The notes under the pieces were generated by a model. It did no database searches. It was not told where the DNA came from and worked only from the letters and a program-made list of their open reading frames with translations. 64,000 nucleotides of DNA from an uncultured Gemmatimonadales bacterium (GTDB lineage Bacteria > Gemmatimonadota > Gemmatimonadetes > Gemmatimonadales > GWC2-71-9): assembly GCA_963817715.1 (NCBI GenBank), contig CAWFPG010000009.1, forward strand, positions 117,574 to 181,573, in the 5' to 3' direction. Made by a program: the position numbers and the translations under genes. Below are positions 9,325 through 29,512 of the stretch, one piece after another (the stretch's first letter is position 1; each line of letters opens with the position of its first letter).

Positions 9325-9681
9325 TTACTTCGCTCCCTTCGGCGCCACGGCGATCTTCACGTGGCTGGTCCGCTTCCGGATCGGTGTGGCCCGGCCCTGG
9401 GCCGCGGCGGTGAACCGCTTGAGCGGCGCCCCCATGTCGACCTGGGCATCGACCACCACCAGGGTGTCGAGATCGAACGCCTCGTTGTCGCGCGCCGCGT
9501 GCTGCTCGGCGTTCGCCACCGCCGACTTCAGCGTCTTGGCGATCTGCCGCGCGGCCTGCTTCTTGTTGAACTGCAGGATCGCGTACGCCTCGTTGACGTT
9601 CTTGCCGCGGATCAGGTCGACCACGAGCCGCATCTTTCGCGGCGACTGGCGGACCCACCGCTGGATCGCGTAGCCACGCAT
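9325..9681 (-). CDS. rplV: 50S ribosomal protein L22 (uL22)
   Basis: 118 aa: [26 protein letters not shown]. Confidence 0.95.
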   Translation of the reverse strand: MRGYAIQRWVRQSPRKMRLVVDLIRGKNVNEAYAILQFNKKQAARQIAKTLKSAVANAEQHAARDNEAFDLDTLVVVDAQVDMGAPLKRFTAAAQGRATPIRKRTSHVKIAVAPKGAK

Positions 9682-9682
9682 C

Positions 9683-9970
9683 TCAGGCCTTCGCCTTCTT
9701 GTCGGCCACCAGCCTGCCGCTGTGACCGCGGAAGAGCCGCGTCGGGGCGAATTCCCCGAGCTTGTGCCCGACCATGTTTTCCGAGACGTACACCGGCACG
9801 AACTTGTTGCCGTTGTGCACCGCGAAGGTGTGACCCACGAACTCGGGCAGGATGGTGCTCGCCCGGCTCCAGGTCTTGATCACCTTCTTCTCGCTCCGTT
9901 CGTTCTGGGCCGTCACCTTGTCGAGCAGTGCCTGCTGGACGAAGGGGCCCTTGCGGATGCTTCGCGCCAT
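9683..9970 (-). CDS. rpsS: 30S ribosomal protein S19 (uS19)
   Basis: 95 aa: [11 protein letters not shown]...[11 protein letters not shown]. Confidence 0.96.
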   Translation of the reverse strand: MARSIRKGPFVQQALLDKVTAQNERSEKKVIKTWSRASTILPEFVGHTFAVHNGNKFVPVYVSENMVGHKLGEFAPTRLFRGHSGRLVADKKAKA

Positions 9971-10809
9971 TACTTGGTCGCCTTCCCACGCTTGCGGCCG
10001 CGCACGATCAGCCGAGTCGAGGCCTTCTTGCGCTTCCGGGTCTTGGTGCCCTCGGGCTTGCCCCAGGGCGAGACCGGCGGGCGTCCGCCCGACGTCTTGC
10101 CCTCACCGCCGCCGAGGGGATGGTCCACCGGGTTCATTGCGACGCCGCGCACCGTCGGGCGGCGGCCCTTCCACCGGGTCTTGCCGGCCTTGCCGACCGA
10201 GAGCAGCTCGTGTTCACCGTTGCCGACCTCGCCAACCGTGGCGAGGCAGCGCCCGTGCACCATCCGCATCTCGGTGCTCTTCATCCGCAGCGTCACGTAG
10301 TCACCCTCGCGGGCCACCACCTGTGCGCCCTGGCCCGCGGCGCGCGCCATCGCGCCACCCTTGCCGATCTTGACCTCGATGTTGTGCACCACGGTGCCCA
10401 GTGGCATCTCGGCCAGCGGCAAGGCGTTGCCAACCCGCACGTCGCTCCCGGGGCCGCTCATCACCGCGTCGCCCTGCTTGAGCCCCTGCGGGTGCAGGAT
10501 GTAGCGCTTCTCGCCGTCGGCGTACACGATCAGGGCGATGCGCGCGGTCCGGTTGGGATCGTACTCGATCTCCGCCACCCGGCCCGGCACGCCGAACTTG
10601 TCGCGCTTGAAGTCGATCCGGCGATACTGCCGCTTGTGCCCGCCACCGCGATGGCGGACGGTCATGTGGCCCTTGTTGTTGCGGCCGCCCGACTTCTTGA
10701 GCGGCTCCAGCAACGACTTCTCCGGCGTCGATCGGGTGATCTCGTCGAAGCCGGCAACCGACCGGAAGCGGGTGCCCGCCGTCATGGGGCGAAACTGTCG
10801 AATGCTCAT
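9970..10809 (-). CDS. rplB: 50S ribosomal protein L2 (uL2)
   Basis: 279 aa from ATG 10809 ([15 protein letters not shown]...[18 protein letters not shown]). The upstream part of ORF 9970..11106 overlaps rplW in another frame. Confidence 0.95.
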   Translation of the reverse strand: MSIRQFRPMTAGTRFRSVAGFDEITRSTPEKSLLEPLKKSGGRNNKGHMTVRHRGGGHKRQYRRIDFKRDKFGVPGRVAEIEYDPNRTARIALIVYADGEKRYILHPQGLKQGDAVMSGPGSDVRVGNALPLAEMPLGTVVHNIEVKIGKGGAMARAAGQGAQVVAREGDYVTLRMKSTEMRMVHGRCLATVGEVGNGEHELLSVGKAGKTRWKGRRPTVRGVAMNPVDHPLGGGEGKTSGGRPPVSPWGKPEGTKTRKRKKASTRLIVRGRKRGKATK

Positions 10810-10811
10810 CT

Positions 10812-11099
10812 TCAGCCCTCGAACACGGCGAGTGACTCGCCGTCCTGCAGCGTGACGATGGCCTTCTTCCAGCGCGGCGTGACCCCGCGCGTCCGCGCCC
10901 GGGCCACCGCGTTGCGGCGCATCTGCATGGTCCGCACCGACACCACGTGCACCCCGAAATGCTCGAGGAGCGCGGCACGGATCTGCGGCTTGGTGGCCAA
11001 CGGATGCACTTCGAAGGTGTACTCGCCGCGCTGCTGCCAGGCGACGGAGCTCTTCTCGGTGATCAGCGGCTTCACCACGATCTGATGGAGGTCGGCCAT
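10812..11099 (-). CDS. rplW: 50S ribosomal protein L23 (uL23)
   Basis: 95 aa: [10 protein letters not shown]...[13 protein letters not shown]. Confidence 0.94.
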   Translation of the reverse strand: MADLHQIVVKPLITEKSSVAWQQRGEYTFEVHPLATKPQIRAALLEHFGVHVVSVRTMQMRRNAVARARTRGVTPRWKKAIVTLQDGESLAVFEG

Positions 11100-11758
11100 C
11101 AGGCACTCTCCTTCTTGGTCCGGGTCCGCGCGGGTGCCGCGGCCGGCTCCGCCCCGAGGGCGCTGCTCTCGATCACCAGCGCCTCGGCATGGAGGATCTC
11201 GTATGCCGTGGCGTCGCTGAACGGCAGCACCGTCACGCCCGGGGCGTTGCGGGCCGAGAGGTGGACCGTGCCCGACGGTCCCGCCGTCAGGATCAGAGTC
11301 CGCGTCTCACCCAGCCCGAGCTTGTCGAGCAGCGCCAGCAGTGCCCGGGTCTTGGGCGCCTCCATCGTGATCGGGTCGATCACCCGCACCATCCCCTCGC
11401 GGGCACGGGCGTTGAGCGCCGAGCGACGCGCCAGCTGGCGCACCTTCTTGGGCAGGTCGATCCGGTGGTCGCGCGGGGCCGGCCCGAAGACCACCCCACC
11501 GCCGCGCCACTGGGCCGCCCGGGTGGTGCCCTGGCGGGCCCGGCCGGTGCCCTTCTGGCGCCATGGCTTCGCACTGCCGCCGGAGACTTCCTGGCGACGC
11601 TTCACCTTGGCGGTTCCCTGCCGCTGATTGGCCAGGTAGCTGGTCACCGCCTGGTGCAGCACCGGCTCGTTCACCGTGCCGTCGAACAGGTCGGCCGGGA
11701 GCGCGAACGCGGCGCCGTGCTTCTTGCCGGCGGCGCTGAAATGCGGGGCCTCAATCAT
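11099..11758 (-). CDS. rplD: 50S ribosomal protein L4 (uL4)
   Basis: 219 aa from ATG 11758 ([13 protein letters not shown]...[11 protein letters not shown]). 8-nt overlap with the end of rplC. Confidence 0.93.
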   Translation of the reverse strand: MIEAPHFSAAGKKHGAAFALPADLFDGTVNEPVLHQAVTSYLANQRQGTAKVKRRQEVSGGSAKPWRQKGTGRARQGTTRAAQWRGGGVVFGPAPRDHRIDLPKKVRQLARRSALNARAREGMVRVIDPITMEAPKTRALLALLDKLGLGETRTLILTAGPSGTVHLSARNAPGVTVLPFSDATAYEILHAEALVIESSALGAEPAAAPARTRTKKESA

Positions 11759-12380
11759 GGCGGCTCTTCCCCCCCTGCCTGGCAACGGTCACGATGCCGT
11801 TCTTCGAGCCTGGCACGGCGCCGCGCACGAAGAGCAGGTTGCGCTCGGCATCGACCCGCACGATCCGGAGCCCCAGCTCGGTGTGACGCGCCGCGCCGTG
11901 GTGGCCCGGCATCTTCTTGCCCTTGATGACCCGTGACGGGTCGGTACCCGGCGAGATCGAGCCCGGCCGGCGGTGTCGGGTGTTGCCGTGCGAGGCCGGT
12001 CCGCCGCTGAAGCCATAGCGGTGGACCACGCCCTGGAAGCCGCGCCCCTTCGAGGTCCCGGTCACCTTGACGAGGTCACCCTCGGCGAACATCGCGACGG
12101 TCACCAGCACGCCCGGCTCGACGCCATCCTCGCCGGCGACCCGGAACGACCGGACCACCTGCGGGGCATAGTCGACCCCGGCCTTGGCGGCGTGGCCCAG
12201 CTCACCGCGCGAGCTGCGCAGCGACTTCTTGCGGCCCCAGCCCAGCTGGACCCGGTCCTCGCGCACCTGGAGCACCGGGCACGGCCCGGCCTCGATCACC
12301 GTGACCGGCACCGCGGTGCCATCCTCGCCGAAGACCCGGGTCATCCCGAGCTTGCGGCCGATCAGTCCGTTCGTCGCCAT
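11751..12380 (-). CDS. rplC: 50S ribosomal protein L3 (uL3)
   Basis: 209 aa from ATG 12380 (MATNGLIGRKLGMTRVF). Confidence 0.95.
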   Translation of the reverse strand: MATNGLIGRKLGMTRVFGEDGTAVPVTVIEAGPCPVLQVREDRVQLGWGRKKSLRSSRGELGHAAKAGVDYAPQVVRSFRVAGEDGVEPGVLVTVAMFAEGDLVKVTGTSKGRGFQGVVHRYGFSGGPASHGNTRHRRPGSISPGTDPSRVIKGKKMPGHHGAARHTELGLRIVRVDAERNLLFVRGAVPGSKNGIVTVARQGGKSRHD

Positions 12381-12382
12381 GA

Positions 12383-12691
12383 CTATTCGACCTTGATCTC
12401 GACGTCGACGCCCGCCGGCAAATCCAGCTTGGTGAGCGCGTCCATCGTCTGGGGTCGTGAGTCGTGGATGTCGAGCAGGCGCTTGTGCGTGCGCAGCTCG
12501 AACTGCTCCCGGCTCTTCTTGTCCACGTGCGGCGAGCGCAGCACCGTCCACCGCTCCATCTTGACTGGAAGCGGGATCGGCCCGGAGATCTGGGCGCCGG
12601 TCTTTTCCGCCGTGCGCACGATGTCCGCCGCGGCCTGGTCGAGCACCACGTGGTCGAACGCCTTGAGGCGGATGCGGATCTTGCCTGCCAT
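12383..12691 (-). CDS. rpsJ: 30S ribosomal protein S10 (uS10)
   Basis: 102 aa from ATG 12691 ([18 protein letters not shown]). Confidence 0.95.
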   Translation of the reverse strand: MAGKIRIRLKAFDHVVLDQAAADIVRTAEKTGAQISGPIPLPVKMERWTVLRSPHVDKKSREQFELRTHKRLLDIHDSRPQTMDALTKLDLPAGVDVEIKVE

Positions 12692-12785
12692 CGGTGTCCT
12701 CGTCAGTTGCGCATCATGAGCCGGCACCCTCGGCCGGGCCACTGTCACGTTTGCCGTCGCGCTGCGTGCAGCGCATCCTGCTCGT

Positions 12786-12820
12786 ACTCGGGATCCCTCG
12801 CCCTGCGGGCTCGGGATGAC
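12786..12820 (-). repeat. REP-like hairpin element (GTCATCCCGAGC...GGGATC family), copy 1
   Basis: Minus strand reads GTCATCCCGAGCCCGCAGGGCGAGGGATCCCGAGT. It shares its termini with the copies at 29461-29499 and 38149-38192. Located in the tuf-rpsJ spacer. Confidence 0.65.
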
Positions 12821-12837
12821 CGTGCGCTAGCGCACGG

Positions 12838-14040
<1,203 letters not shown>

Positions 14041-14170
14041 TGCGACGTTCCTCGTCCAGGTTCGTGTCGTGGCGCTGCGTGCAGCGCGTCAATCCCCATC
14101 GTTCACCGGCCCGGGCGGCCCGCCAGCGGGCCGCCTCTGCACCGCGTCGTCGTGCGACGCCGGACTTCCC

Positions 14171-16294
14171 CTACTTGGTCGCCGCCTTGGCGATGATCTG
14201 CTCGGCGACCGCCTTCGGCACGGCCTCGTAGTGATGGAACTGCATGCTGTACACGGCGCGACCCTGGGTCGCGCTCCGCAGCGAGGTCGAGTAGCCGAAC
14301 ATCTCGGCCAGCGGCACGTGGGCCGTGACCACCTGCGACTCGCCCCGCTGGCTCATCCCGCCGACCTTGCCGCGGCGCGACGAGAGGTCGCCGATGACCG
14401 AGCCGAGGAAGTCCTCGGGCACCACCACCTCGACGTCCATGATCGGCTCGAGGATGACGCCGCCGGCGTGCTTGACCGCATCCTTGATCGCCATCGACCC
14501 GGCGATCTTGAACGCCGTCTCGCTCGAGTCGACGTCGTGGTACGAGCCGTAGACCAGCTGCACCTTCACGTCGACCATCGGGTAGCCGGCGATGATGCCG
14601 TTCTCGAGCGCCTCGCGGATGCCGGCCTCGACCGGCTTGATGAACTCCCGCGGGATCACGCCGCCGGAGATCTTGTCCTCGAAGGTGAACCCCGAGCCGG
14701 TCTCGCCGGGCTCGGCGTTGATCACCACGTGGCCGTACTGGCCCTTGCCGCCCGACTGGCGGATGAACTTGCCCTCGACCTGCTCGACCCGCTTGGTGAT
14801 GGTCTCGCGGAACGCGACCTGCGGCCGGCCGACGTTGGCCTCGACCTTGAACTCGCGCTTCATCCGATCGACCAGCACCTCGAGGTGCAGCTCCCCCATC
14901 CCGGCGATGATCACCTGGCCGGTCTCGGCATCGCTGCGGACCCGGAAGGTGGGGTCCTCCTCGCTCAGCTTCTGCAGCGCGATCGACAGCTTGTCCTGGT
15001 CGGCCTTCGACTTCGGCTCGATCGCCACGTCGATGACCGGCTCGGGGAACTTCATCGCCTCGAGGATCACCGGGGCGTCCTCGTCGCAGAGCGTGTCGCC
15101 GGTCCGGGTGTCCTTGAGGCCGATGGCCGCACCGATGTCGCCGGCGAGGACGTCCTGGATCTCCTCGCGCTTGTTGGCGTGCATCTGCAGCAGGCGGCCG
15201 ACCCGCTCCTTCTTGTCCTTGGTCGCGTTGTACACGTAGCTGCCGGAGGAGAACTTCCCCGAGTAGACCCGGAAGAAGGTCAGCCGACCGACGTAGGGGT
15301 CCGTCGCCACCTTGAAGGCGAGGGCACTGAACGGCTCCTCGTCGTCGGCGTGCCGCTCCACCACGTGCAGCTCGTCGTCGGGCGCATGCCCCACGATCGG
15401 TGGCACGTCGAGCGGACTCGGGAAGAAGTCGACCACCGCGTCGAGCAGCGCCTGGACGCCCTTGTTCTTGAACGAGGCACCGCACAGGATCGGCACGAAC
15501 TCGAGCGCCAGCGTCGCCTTGCGGACCGCCAGCCGGATCTCGTCGTCGGTCAGCTCCTCGCCGCCGAGGTACTTCTCCATCAGCGCCTCGTCGTGCTCCA
15601 CCACCGCCTCGATCAGCTCGTGGCGGGCCGTCTCGATGGCGTCGTGGAACTCCGCCGGCGGATCGACGACCTGGAACTTCCGCCCCATCGTCGAGTCATC
15701 GAAGATGTACTGGCGCCGGGTGATGACATTGATGTGCCCGGTGAAGGTCTCACCGCTGCCGACCGGCAGCTGGATCGGGAGCGCCTTCTTGCTGAGGCGG
15801 TCACGGATCATCGCGACGCAGCGCTCGAAGTTGGCCCCGACCCGGTCCATCTTGTTCGAGAAGATCATCCGCGGCACGCGGTACCGGTCGGCCTGCTTCC
15901 AGACCGTCTCGGTCTGCGGCTCGACGCCGGCGACCGAGTCGAGCAGCGCGACGGCGCCGTCGAGCACCCGCAGCGAACGCTCCACCTCGACGGTGAAGTC
16001 GACGTGCCCCGGGGTATCGATGATGTTGATCCGGTACTCCGGCCCGGTGCCGAGCTCGTCGCTCTCGCCATGGCGCATCCAGAAACAGGTCGTGGCCGCG
16101 GAGGTGATGGTGATCCCCCGCTCCTGCTCCTGCTCCATCCAGTCCATGGTGGCCGCACCGTCGTGGACCTCGCCGATCTTGTGCGACTTCCCCGTGTAGT
16201 AGAGGATCCGCTCGGTCGTCGTGGTCTTCCCGGCATCGATGTGGGCCATGATGCCGATGTTCCGGTACAGCTCGATCGGGTGCTTGCGCAACAT
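14171..16294 (-). CDS. fusA: elongation factor G
   Basis: 707 aa: [28 protein letters not shown]. Confidence 0.97.
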   Translation of the reverse strand: MLRKHPIELYRNIGIMAHIDAGKTTTTERILYYTGKSHKIGEVHDGAATMDWMEQEQERGITITSAATTCFWMRHGESDELGTGPEYRINIIDTPGHVDFTVEVERSLRVLDGAVALLDSVAGVEPQTETVWKQADRYRVPRMIFSNKMDRVGANFERCVAMIRDRLSKKALPIQLPVGSGETFTGHINVITRRQYIFDDSTMGRKFQVVDPPAEFHDAIETARHELIEAVVEHDEALMEKYLGGEELTDDEIRLAVRKATLALEFVPILCGASFKNKGVQALLDAVVDFFPSPLDVPPIVGHAPDDELHVVERHADDEEPFSALAFKVATDPYVGRLTFFRVYSGKFSSGSYVYNATKDKKERVGRLLQMHANKREEIQDVLAGDIGAAIGLKDTRTGDTLCDEDAPVILEAMKFPEPVIDVAIEPKSKADQDKLSIALQKLSEEDPTFRVRSDAETGQVIIAGMGELHLEVLVDRMKREFKVEANVGRPQVAFRETITKRVEQVEGKFIRQSGGKGQYGHVVINAEPGETGSGFTFEDKISGGVIPREFIKPVEAGIREALENGIIAGYPMVDVKVQLVYGSYHDVDSSETAFKIAGSMAIKDAVKHAGGVILEPIMDVEVVVPEDFLGSVIGDLSSRRGKVGGMSQRGESQVVTAHVPLAEMFGYSTSLRSATQGRAVYSMQFHHYEAVPKAVAEQIIAKAATK

Positions 16295-16516
16295 CGTCGT
16301 CCTTCACTCCAGCGAAAAAGCGGGGCGACCGGTCCGGGCCTGGGCCCGCGGTATCGCTCCGCGCCTCGTCCGGCCCGAAGGCCGTGACGGGGATGCCCGT
16401 GGGGCATCCCGGCGTTTTCCGAGGAACCAGAGGTGGGCGGGGATTTCGCCGCTCACGTGATCCCGATTTCACCACGGTCGAGGATCAATCGACCATCAGT
16501 CCTCGACCCTCAGCCG

Positions 16517-16987
16517 CTACCAGCGATAGTGTGCAAACGCGCGGTTGGCCTCGGCCATCCGGTGCGTGTCTTCCTTCTTCTTGATGGTGCTGCCCTCGCC
16601 CTTGCTGGCCAGGATCAGCTCCGCCGCCAGCCGCTCGGCCATCGTCTTTTCACCGCGCGCCCGGGCGAACGAGATCAGCCAGCGCATCGCCAGCGCGGTG
16701 CGCCGCTCGGGCCGCACCTCGACCGGCACCTGCAGCGAGGCGCCGCCGACCCGGCGGCTCTTCACCTCGACCGCCGGCTTGACGTTGTTCACCGCCTGCT
16801 TGAAGACCGCCACCCCGGCCTGGCCGGTGCGCTCCTCGATCAGGTCCATCGCCCGGTAGAAGATCGCTTCCGCCAGCGACTTCTTGCCCTGATACATCAG
16901 GTTGCTGACGAACTTCGACACCGTCTGCGAGTCGTAGCGCGGATCCGGCGGCACTACCCGCTTCACCGCCCGCGTGCGGCGGCTCAC
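16517..16987 (-). CDS. rpsG: 30S ribosomal protein S7 (uS7)
   Basis: 156 aa ending ...[15 protein letters not shown]. 4-nt overlap with rpsL. Confidence 0.96.
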   Translation of the reverse strand: MSRRTRAVKRVVPPDPRYDSQTVSKFVSNLMYQGKKSLAEAIFYRAMDLIEERTGQAGVAVFKQAVNNVKPAVEVKSRRVGGASLQVPVEVRPERRTALAMRWLISFARARGEKTMAERLAAELILASKGEGSTIKKKEDTHRMAEANRAFAHYRW

Positions 16988-17367
16988 TGGCCACTCGCCT
17001 TGGGCCGCTTGGCCCCGTACTTCGACCGGCTCTGGCGACGGTCATTCACCCCGGCGGCGTCGAGCGCCCCGCGGAGAATGTGATACCGCACCCCGGGGAG
17101 GTCCTTCACCCGGCCACCGCGAATCAGCACGATGGAGTGCTCCTGGAGATTGTGCCCCTCGCCCGGGATGTAGGCGATGACCTCGATCCCGTTGACGAGC
17201 CGCACCTTGGCCACCTTGCGCAGCGCCGAGTTCGGCTTCTTCGGCGTGGTGGTGTACACGCGAGTGCAGACCCCCCGCTTCTGCGGGTTGGCCTTCAGGT
17301 GTGGCGACTTCCCCTTGAACTTCGGGGCCGTACGGCCGTGGCGCAGCAGCTGGTTGATCGTCGGCAT
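16984..17367 (-). CDS. rpsL: 30S ribosomal protein S12 (uS12)
   Basis: 127 aa from ATG 17367 ([12 protein letters not shown]...[10 protein letters not shown]). Confidence 0.96.
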   Translation of the reverse strand: MPTINQLLRHGRTAPKFKGKSPHLKANPQKRGVCTRVYTTTPKKPNSALRKVAKVRLVNGIEVIAYIPGEGHNLQEHSIVLIRGGRVKDLPGVRYHILRGALDAAGVNDRRQSRSKYGAKRPKASGQ

Positions 17368-17432
17368 TCGTGTCCGCTTGAGCAGCCCAAAACAGGGCCG
17401 ACCCGGCAAGCCCGGATCGGCGACAGACCCCA

Positions 17433-17461
17433 ATGATACCGGGGCATCGGCCGGGGGTCAA
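17433..17461 (-). promoter_or_regulatory. sigma70-type promoter candidate for the rpsL-rpsG-fusA-tuf operon
   Basis: Minus strand reads TTGACC, then a 17-nt spacer, then TATCAT, about 66 nt upstream of the rpsL ATG. This AT-containing motif stands out in GC-rich sequence. Confidence 0.6.
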
Positions 17462-17647
17462 GCGGCAGGAAGCGACAGGCGACAAGCGACCCGCGACAGG
17501 AGGATCGGGACCAGCACGGATCGGCCGCCCAAGTTCCACTATGAAACCAAACATCACTGCGCCGCTCGCCTGTCGCCTGTCGCCTGTCGCCCGTCGCCCG
17601 TCGCCTGTCGCCGGTCGCCTGTCGCCTGTCGCCTGTCGCCTGTCGCC
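17462..17647. repeat. asymmetric heptamer-arm inverted repeat (unit GCGACAG / CTGTCGC)
   Basis: Left arm 17472-17499 is gcgacag gcgacaa gcgaccc gcgacag. Right arm 17571-17647 is 11 units of tgtcgcc, with variants cgtcgcc and ggtcgcc. About 70-nt spacer. It sits between the terminator at 17655-17681 and the rpsL promoter. Confidence 0.9.
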
Positions 17648-17654
17648 CCCCAAG

Positions 17655-17681
17655 CAAAACAGCGCCCCCACCCGGGAGCGC
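17655..17681 (-). terminator. intrinsic terminator after the accessory lipoprotein pair
   Basis: Minus strand reads GCGCUCCC-GGGU-GGGGGCGC (8-bp stem with one G.U pair) followed by UGUUUUG, 24 nt after the stop at 17705. Confidence 0.65.
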
Positions 17682-17704
17682 CGTCCGCTGCTCCCTGTTC
17701 TGGG

Positions 17705-18635
17705 TCAGCCCCAGTCCAGCACCCAGGTGAGCGGGCTACCCTCCGGCAGCGCCCGCCACATCGCACCATCCGAGAAGCGATAGAACCAGACACCGTCGAC
17801 CATGTACGACCCTTCCAGGGCTACCGAAGGACGCCTCCACGCCAAGATCTTCCCATCGGGCGAGAACGCCGGCAGGATCCCGCGGAGCTGGGTCGGGTAG
17901 CCGGGCGCCGCGGCGCCATCGAGCGTAATGAACCGCAGCTCGCCGGTGTGGGTGTTGTAGGCGATCGTCCGCCCGTCCGGCGAGAGGTCCAGCGTCTGCG
18001 ATCATTTCCAGCGTGGTGGTGGGCTCGGTGATCGGCGTGATCAACCCCGAGGCCAGGTCGTAGTGGACGATCTGCACCACGTTGATGTCGAAGAGCTGCC
18101 GATCATCCCGCTCTGATCCGGCAACCAGCGCAGGTAGACGGGTGCCCAGTCCGGGTGGTCGTCCGGCGCGACCCACCGCACCACCGGTGCCGCCGTGCCG
18201 CCGAGCTCGACCGTGGCCAGCACGAGCGCGAGGTCCCGCCCAGCCCGCAGCGCCGAAGATCAGCGTCCTGCCGTCGGGGGCCACCACACTGGACGCAGGC
18301 GAGCACGTCATCGACGACGGTGGTGATCATCCCGGACGCGAGATCGAGCCGGCGGATGCCGGGTGCGGACTGCAGCACCCCGGAGCCACCACCGATCACC
18401 GTGGCGGCATCCTTGCCGAAGACTGCCGAGACCCAAAGGAAGGGCTCGCCGTAGCGCGACAGCTCGCGGGACTCGCCGGTGGCCACGTCGACGACATGCA
18501 CCGTACCGGTGGGGTCGTAGACCAGCAGCGATCCCGGTCGGCTCCGCCGGCACGGACGGTCCGGTTCCCGGATCGCTGCCACAGGCGACGATCGCGAGCA
18601 GCGACCAGGCCGATGAGCGGATGGCGGCTGCTCAT
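17705..18635 (-). pseudogene. TolB/WD40-like beta-propeller lipoprotein with about 6 frame changes (pseudogene or indel-laden CDS)
   Basis: ATG 18635 overlaps the upstream stop (ATGA). Conserved-looking segments jump between frames in this order: MSSRHPLIGL; SLLAIVACGSDPG (lipobox); GSLLVYDPTGTVHVVDVATGESREL; APDGRTLIFGAAG; LATVELGGTAAPVVRWVAPDD; LFDINVVQIVHYDLASG; LDLSPDGRTIAYNTHTGELRFITLDG..FSPDGKILAW..VLDWG*. Length is 931 nt (3n+1). Confidence 0.55.
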
Positions 18636-20019
18636 TGCTGCTCCGGCGGGCAGTTCTCCACGGCATCGGGGCGGATTCCCCCCGGCTTCCCCGACAAGGC
18701 GAAGTTCTCGGAGCCGCCCCCCGTGCAGACCGGGATCTGCTGCTCGTGCCAGCCCGCTGGCAGGTACGTATGGGTCCAACCGGACGGCCAGGGAGACAAG
18801 CCGACGCGGAAGATCAGCGTGTAGGACCCCGCGTCGACCCCGAGCTCGGCGACCTGCCCCGACGTCGAAAAGGTGGTGTCGGGATCGACCGTGGTCGTGC
18901 GGCTGTCGTCGACCCGCCAGTAGACCGTCGACCCCGAGCCGCCGATGTGGGCGGTAAAGGCATGCGATCCGGGTGTCACGATCGGGCTCTCATCCGCCGT
19001 CACCGCGTAGAGCAGGGGCGGTTCCGGCACCGTCACGATGGTCGAGACGCCGGTGCTCACGAATGGATGCGCAAACAGGTAGGTGCTGGATCCAGTCGGC
19101 TTGGCCCGGATCGTCGCCGTGCCGGGTGCCACGGCCGTGACGACTCCGCCGGTGAAGGTCACGGTGGCCACGGCAGTGTTGGTGCTGCTCCACGTGTAGC
19201 TGCTCGCCGTGCCGGGCACGGTCGCACCGCCCTCCAGGCGCCAATCCCCCGGTGACGGACTGGCCCTCTGCCCGACCGGAAGGGTGAATGGCGCCATTCC
19301 GCCCTGCGTACCGACGACGAAGGGCTTGTCGAAGAAATGTTCCGGGTCGTAGCTGACCAGACCGTAGGCCGCCAAGGCACCCTCGATCTCGTGGGCACAG
19401 ATGACGGTGTTGAGCGAATGATCTTCCGGCAGGTGCATGACGCAGTGGTCGGCCATGGCCGTCGCGAAGTAGAGCTTGTGCACGCCGCTCCCCGTCCAGC
19501 CCACCGCGTGACCAACCTCGTGGCGCAGCACTGCCGAGAGCAGGCCGCCGTTGCTGTAGTTGGCACAACCGGCGTCCGCGAACACCTCGAGCAACCGGGT
19601 GTCGTTGTGCCACTGGCCGCAAAAGGCAGCTTCCGGTCGGCAGTCCCGGTGACCGTGGCCTCGGCCGAGGAGGGACGTTCGTCGTGGTGAAGGTCGGCAG
19701 GGCGCCGAAGCCGGTGGCGGCCAGCTTCGCCTGCCACTCCGCCACCGCCGATCCTGCTGACGGGGCAAGGGATGGGTTGCTGGTGTAGAACTCCACGGTT
19801 GCATTGCAGTTCCAGCCATCCACGGCGCGGAACCCCGTGAAGATCCCCGGACTGCAGACCATGGCGAACGCCGGCTCCGACGCCCTGGTGGCCGCGTCCC
19901 GCTCGAGCGGAACGGCGGTTGGCGAGTCAGCGCATCCGAAGGCGAGAATGGCTGCCGCGACGGTCAGTATCCCCGACCCGTGGCGGTGCGGCGGTGCGGC
20001 GGTGCGAACGAATGGACAT
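18632..20019 (-). pseudogene. HExxH zinc-metalloprotease-like lipoprotein with Big_2-like Ig domain, about 3 frame changes
   Basis: ATG 20019 follows GGAGGT. Signal peptide MSIRSHRRTAAPPRVG / ILTVAAAILAFGCADSP is broken at the GGGG run (19971-19974). Further breaks lie near 19671 and 19615 (T-run). The main frame, ORF 18632..19819, has LRHEVGHAVGW and TWSSTNTAVATVTFTGGVVTAVAPGTATIRA. Length is 1388 nt (3n+2). Confidence 0.55.
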
Positions 20020-20226
20020 ATGACCTCCGGGGGAAAGGTGGGACTGCCACTGCAAAGCTCGGCCCTGGACTCACCCGCGTCAAGAACTGGCGACCCTTCT
20101 CGTATCAGCCCCCGGTGGAGAGGGCTCGACCGTCATCGTGATCAGCTCGTCAATCGACAACCCAGGTGCCCACCCGTTCAGCGGGGCACTCCAAGGCAAG
20201 TCAGGTCCCCCGTCCTCCCGCCAACG

Positions 20227-20257
20227 CAAAACGGCGGCCCCGTCCGGGACCGCCGTC
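20227..20257 (-). terminator. intrinsic terminator after rpoC
   Basis: Minus strand reads GACGGCGGUCCCGGACGGGGCCGCCGUUUUG: stem ACGGCGG/CCGCCGU plus inner CCCG/CGGG, then a U4 run. About 25 nt after the rpoC stop at 20280. Confidence 0.7.
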
Positions 20258-20279
20258 TGCCACCACGCTGGGGTCTGGC

Positions 20280-24840
<4,561 letters not shown>

Positions 24841-24844
24841 CGCT

Positions 24845-29317
<4,473 letters not shown>

Positions 29318-29350
29318 GTGCTGGGTCCCGGTACAAGGGAACACGGCGAC

Positions 29351-29382
29351 GCCCCGCCCCCCGCTCGAAGCGGGGGCGGGCG
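29351..29382 (-). terminator. GC-rich hairpin just upstream of the rpoB start (attenuator-like)
   Basis: Minus strand reads GCCCGCCCCCGC-UUCGA-GCGGGGGGCGGGGC (about a 12-bp stem with G bulges), followed by a U-containing tract. The E. coli rplL-rpoB spacer is known to carry a partial terminator. Function here is inferred. Confidence 0.35.
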
Positions 29383-29460
29383 CCATGGAACATCCGGTTG
29401 TCGAGGTCTCGTGCGTTGCTCATGCCGTCTCACTGAGAGTGACGTTGCGAAGGACGAGGA

Positions 29461-29499
29461 GATCCCGCCGCCGGCCAATGGCGCCGGGCTCGGGATGAC
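29461..29499 (-). repeat. REP-like hairpin element, copy 2
   Basis: Minus strand reads GTCATCCCGAGCCCGGCGCCATTGGCCGGCGGCGGGATC. Located in the rplL-rpoB spacer. Confidence 0.6.
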
Positions 29500-29512
29500 C
29501 CGCTTCGCGAGG

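Noticed and set aside
17433-17793. ORFs across the heptamer array that encode repeated peptides (RLSPVACRLSPVA, GDRRQATGDRRQATG).
   Set aside because: All frames and both strands give repeat peptides, which simply reflects the 7-nt DNA period. 7 is not a multiple of 3, so the frame rotates. The region lies between a terminator and a promoter, and no start or RBS context is present.
19983-20007. Octamer repeat cggtgcgg x3 inside the start of the protease-like gene.
   Set aside because: It is short, lies in the coding n-region of a signal peptide (HRRTAAPPR) and does not share the 7-nt period or hairpin architecture. Treated as low-complexity sequence.
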